A stretch of 64,000 nucleotides of DNA, taken from positions 5,575-69,574 of the forward strand of contig JBDLIE010000005.1 in assembly GCA_039715015.1 (NCBI GenBank). The letters run 5' to 3'. This stretch comes from Thermodesulfobacteriota bacterium (lineage in GTDB: Bacteria > Desulfobacterota > Desulfobulbia > Desulfobulbales > SURF-16). The position numbers and the translations under genes were made by a program. Shown here piece by piece: positions 61,088 through 64,000 of the stretch (position 1 is the stretch's first letter; every line of letters starts with the position of its first letter). Under the pieces are notes generated by a model. That model did not search any database. It was not told where the DNA came from and saw nothing but the letters and a program-made list of their open reading frames with translations.

Positions 61088-61323
61088 TGTCAGAAATGGT
61101 GAGCGAAAAACTAAGGGGCCTCGATATGCAGGGTCCCGCTGAGGGTAATGGGTAGAAACGCGAATATGAACATGTAGGAGTTAAATAGCTATATATATGG
61201 CCATTCTCGTAAATGATGGAGGTTTGAGTGTCTCAAGAAATATGTCTGGACAACTTTCTGAGGATGATAGAGGCAGTTAACGTACTGATTTGTAAATATT
61301 GAATTACTTTAAAGAAAGAGAGC

Positions 61324-61965
61324 TTAAGAGAGAATTGCTTTCTTAAGACTTTCTATACCTGCCCGTTCTACAAAACGAGCTGTTCTTTCCCCCTTCTTGG
61401 CATTTTTTAGGTAATAATTAAGGCATTTCTCCACAACGGAAAACACCTCACTGTCGCTTAAGCCTTCAATAATTATATCCGCAATGCGTGGTTTGGCGCC
61501 GGCATTACCACCAAAGACCAGGGTCCAGCCACTGAGATTAGCAAAAAGGCCAATGTCTTTAGTGAAACTGGCACAACAGTTTCTGGGACAGCTTGAGATC
61601 CCGATCTTGAGTTTTGCTGGTGATAAGAGGTTGTTGAAAAGGCTTTCAATGTCTGCTGTGAGAGCATCTAATGAAAAACAGGCATGTTTGCAGCTGTTAC
61701 GTTCCTGGCAGGCTATGACATAACCCGTAGTACCCCTGGCCCCCACGTGAAAATAACGATCAATATGGTCCTTGATTGACTCCCTATCTTTTTCTTTGGC
61801 CCCACTAAAGGCAAGGCGTTTAGCCGAGGTAATCTTTATTCTTGGGACCTGGTATTTTTTGGCAATATGGATGATTTCTTCCATATCGGCAAGAGACATC
61901 ACTCCTGATGCTTTACCTGGGATAATGAGGGGGGATGATGGTTTTTTTTGGGATCCATTGGGCAT
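61324..61965 (-). CDS. small (about 213 aa) nitrite/sulfite-reductase-domain protein, assimilatory-type low-molecular-weight sulfite reductase-like
   Basis: Siroheme-FeS Cys spacing CQERNSC (Cx5C) and CPRNCC (Cx3C). The size is as I recall for the Desulfovibrio alSiR class. Confidence 0.65.
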   Translation of the reverse strand: MPNGSQKKPSSPLIIPGKASGVMSLADMEEIIHIAKKYQVPRIKITSAKRLAFSGAKEKDRESIKDHIDRYFHVGARGTTGYVIACQERNSCKHACFSLDALTADIESLFNNLLSPAKLKIGISSCPRNCCASFTKDIGLFANLSGWTLVFGGNAGAKPRIADIIIEGLSDSEVFSVVEKCLNYYLKNAKKGERTARFVERAGIESLKKAILS

Positions 61966-62040
61966 TTGATACTCTTTTGGTTATAGATATGGCAAAGGTA
62001 ACCAGTGCTTATCGTTTTAAGTAGGAAGAAACTGTAGCTT

Positions 62041-63870
62041 ATGTCGTCACAAAATATTTCTAAACATCCAGTGCTTACGAACGCCTTTCTCAAGGGAGTG
62101 GCGACCGGTCCGGGTGTTTATTTAATGAAGGATAGCAAAAAACGGGTCATCTATGTTGGTAAGGCGCGTAACCTTCGTAAGCGGCTTACCTCCTATGCCC
62201 GCCTGCAGGCCCAGGCACATAATAAGACCAAGGCCCTGGTCGCCAAAATAGCAGCAGTAGAGACAATCCTCACTGCCACTGAAAAAGAGGCTCTCATTCT
62301 TGAAGCCTCTCTCATAAAAAAAAATAAACCAAAATATAATGTCATTTTACGTGATGACAAGAACTATCCCTTTATAAAGGTCACAGTTCAGGACAAGTGG
62401 CCACGGCTCATGATGACCCGCAGGCGTCTTAAAGATAAGGCCCGTTATTTTGGGCCGTATTCATCTGTGTCGTCCATGTGGGCTGCCATAAAACTTTTGG
62501 GGAACCTTTTCCCTCTGCGGCGCTGTAAAGTAGTAAGGCCGAGGAAGAGGCCGTGTTTGAACGGTCAGATGGGTGCCTGCTTGGCGCCCTGTGTCCCAGG
62601 TTGTGACGAGCGTATGTATATGCAAGCGGTTGACAATGTCATCATGGTTCTTGAAGGAAAGAGCCAGGAACTGCTTAAGCGATTGCGTGAGAAGATGACG
62701 GTGGCTTCAGGTAATCTCGATTTTGAAGAGGCAGCGCTTTGTCGTGACCAGATTACATCCCTGGAAAAAACTCTGGAAAAGCAGGTGATGGTGGCCAGCA
62801 GCAGCCATGATATTGATGTTTTCGGAGTCCAGAGACAGGCCGGCTCAATGGCGATATCAGTTATCACAGTGCGGAGCGGCAAGGTGGAGGGGCACCAATC
62901 ATTTTTTATTGCCGAACCGGTTGGTGATGATCATGACGTCCTCGCTGAGGCCCTTCGGCGATTTTATAGTGATGATATCTATATCCCCAAATTGGTTTTG
63001 CTCCCGTGGTCTACAGGGGAAGAGGCGTTTTTTGAGGAGTACCTTACTGATCAGAAAAGTGGCAAGGTTACCATGCGCATTCCACAAAAGGGCGATTTGC
63101 GTCGTCTTGTAGCCATGGCAAATGAAAATGCCGCCCAGGTTTTTAGTGATAGGGATAAACAGGAAAAGTCGTGGCAGGTTATGGCTCGTCAGCTCAAAGA
63201 AACTCTTAACCTCTCAAGGTTACCCCGCCGGATTGAATGTTTGGATATTTCCAACACAAGCGGCAAGGAGGCTGTGGGCTCCCTCGTCTGTTTTGTGGAT
63301 GGGGAGAAGGCTGCAACTCATTATCGTCATTATAAGATTAGGAGTGTTGCAGGGCCCGATGATTACGCAATGATGGCCGAAGTTCTTTGCCGTCGTTTTG
63401 CCCCTGAGAAGGGTCCTGAATTGCCCGATCTGTTTATTGTTGATGGCGGTAAAGGGCAGCTGAATATCGGGGTGAAAATTTTCAAAGATCTGGCTATTTT
63501 TAACGAAGTTGATCTTCTGGGCATTGCCAAGGAGCGGCAAGGGGAAGGGGAAAAACTCTTTCGGCCCGGCAGAAAAAATCCATATCAGCTGGCCCGTCAC
63601 TCCCAGCTTCTTCTTTTTGTTATGCGTATTCGTGATGAATCGCATCGCTATGGTGTTACCTTTCACCGAAAGTTGCGGAAGAAAAGAACCCTTACATCCG
63701 AGCTCGATCATGTCGTGGGAATTGGGCCTGCCAGGCGGAAGAGATTGCTTAGTCATTTCGGCAGCGTTGCAGGGGTTAAAAAGGCCTCTCTTGAAGAGCT
63801 TGCATCCGTTGATACCGTCGGCAAAGAGCTTGCGCAAACCATCTTTCACGCCTTGCACCGTCAAGGTTAA
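62041..63870 (+). CDS. uvrC: excinuclease ABC subunit C
   Basis: GIY-YIG N-terminus (PGVYLMKDSKKRVIYVGKARNLRKRLTSY), UVR domain, endonuclease V-like region and C-terminal HhH. 609 aa. Confidence 0.95.
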   Translation: MSSQNISKHPVLTNAFLKGVATGPGVYLMKDSKKRVIYVGKARNLRKRLTSYARLQAQAHNKTKALVAKIAAVETILTATEKEALILEASLIKKNKPKYNVILRDDKNYPFIKVTVQDKWPRLMMTRRRLKDKARYFGPYSSVSSMWAAIKLLGNLFPLRRCKVVRPRKRPCLNGQMGACLAPCVPGCDERMYMQAVDNVIMVLEGKSQELLKRLREKMTVASGNLDFEEAALCRDQITSLEKTLEKQVMVASSSHDIDVFGVQRQAGSMAISVITVRSGKVEGHQSFFIAEPVGDDHDVLAEALRRFYSDDIYIPKLVLLPWSTGEEAFFEEYLTDQKSGKVTMRIPQKGDLRRLVAMANENAAQVFSDRDKQEKSWQVMARQLKETLNLSRLPRRIECLDISNTSGKEAVGSLVCFVDGEKAATHYRHYKIRSVAGPDDYAMMAEVLCRRFAPEKGPELPDLFIVDGGKGQLNIGVKIFKDLAIFNEVDLLGIAKERQGEGEKLFRPGRKNPYQLARHSQLLLFVMRIRDESHRYGVTFHRKLRKKRTLTSELDHVVGIGPARRKRLLSHFGSVAGVKKASLEELASVDTVGKELAQTIFHALHRQG

Positions 63871-64000
63871 GGCAAGATATGACAAACAATAATTGACAGC
63901 CCGGAGAACCGTTGTTAGAAGTCTAATCTGCTAGAATTTTTTATGATATTACTCTTTTCATGCCCTATGGCTGAAATGTCAAATGACAGGGGGCTCACCG

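Overview
The window looks like chromosomal DNA from an anaerobic Deltaproteobacteria/Desulfobacterota-type organism. That placement is a guess from gene content only: futalosine menaquinone pathway, oleABCD, a small assimilatory-type sulfite reductase, and a Psr/Phs-type molybdoenzyme. No rRNA gene is present to confirm it. Layout: (1) 83-10953 holds a co-directional lipid cluster. It runs ACP, two CrtI-like flavoproteins, FabG/FabZ/FabI-like genes, then oleABCD (head-to-head olefin synthesis) and a coupled ICMT-like methyltransferase. (2) 11019-17577 holds a TetR regulator and a futalosine-pathway menaquinone cluster. (3) 17.7-36.5 kb is housekeeping: cheV, phosphohexomutase, ppsA, tolQRAB-ybgF, hom, an ApgM-like gene, ybgC, initiator tRNA-Met, two-component genes, a PAS-degenerate-GGDEF protein and srkA. 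(4) 36.5-61.9 kb looks like an accessory redox/metal region. It contains a secreted beta-propeller protein with a C-terminal CXXCH, next to NosL, a TlpA-like thioredoxin, FmdE and two MacB/FtsX-type ABC sets. It also contains a RegB/RegA-type redox two-component system. Next comes a TonB-dependent receptor operon that embeds a NapH-like polyferredoxin, a double-cubane/2-hydroxyacyl-CoA-dehydratase-family protein with its ATPase activase, and its own ExbB-ExbD-TonB. The region ends with a TorD plus Tat-molybdopterin oxidoreductase plus FeS-subunit operon and a convergent small sulfite reductase. (5) uvrC closes the window. Non-genic structure seen directly includes shared GYGAC-N5-GYCAC boxes in four promoter regions of the accessory region, and a decayed, internally deleted copy of the sensor kinase 5' end plus its promoter block that brackets the TonB module. 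A four-helix-bundle (23S-IVS-type) gene sits inside an inverted repeat within the lipid operon, with cargo-less related hairpins elsewhere. There is also a MITE-like insertion in the ppsA terminator, an exact 64-bp repeat present in opposite orientations about 12.8 kb apart, and a C10 tract upstream of the receptor gene. No CRISPR array, rRNA gene or intact transposase was seen.
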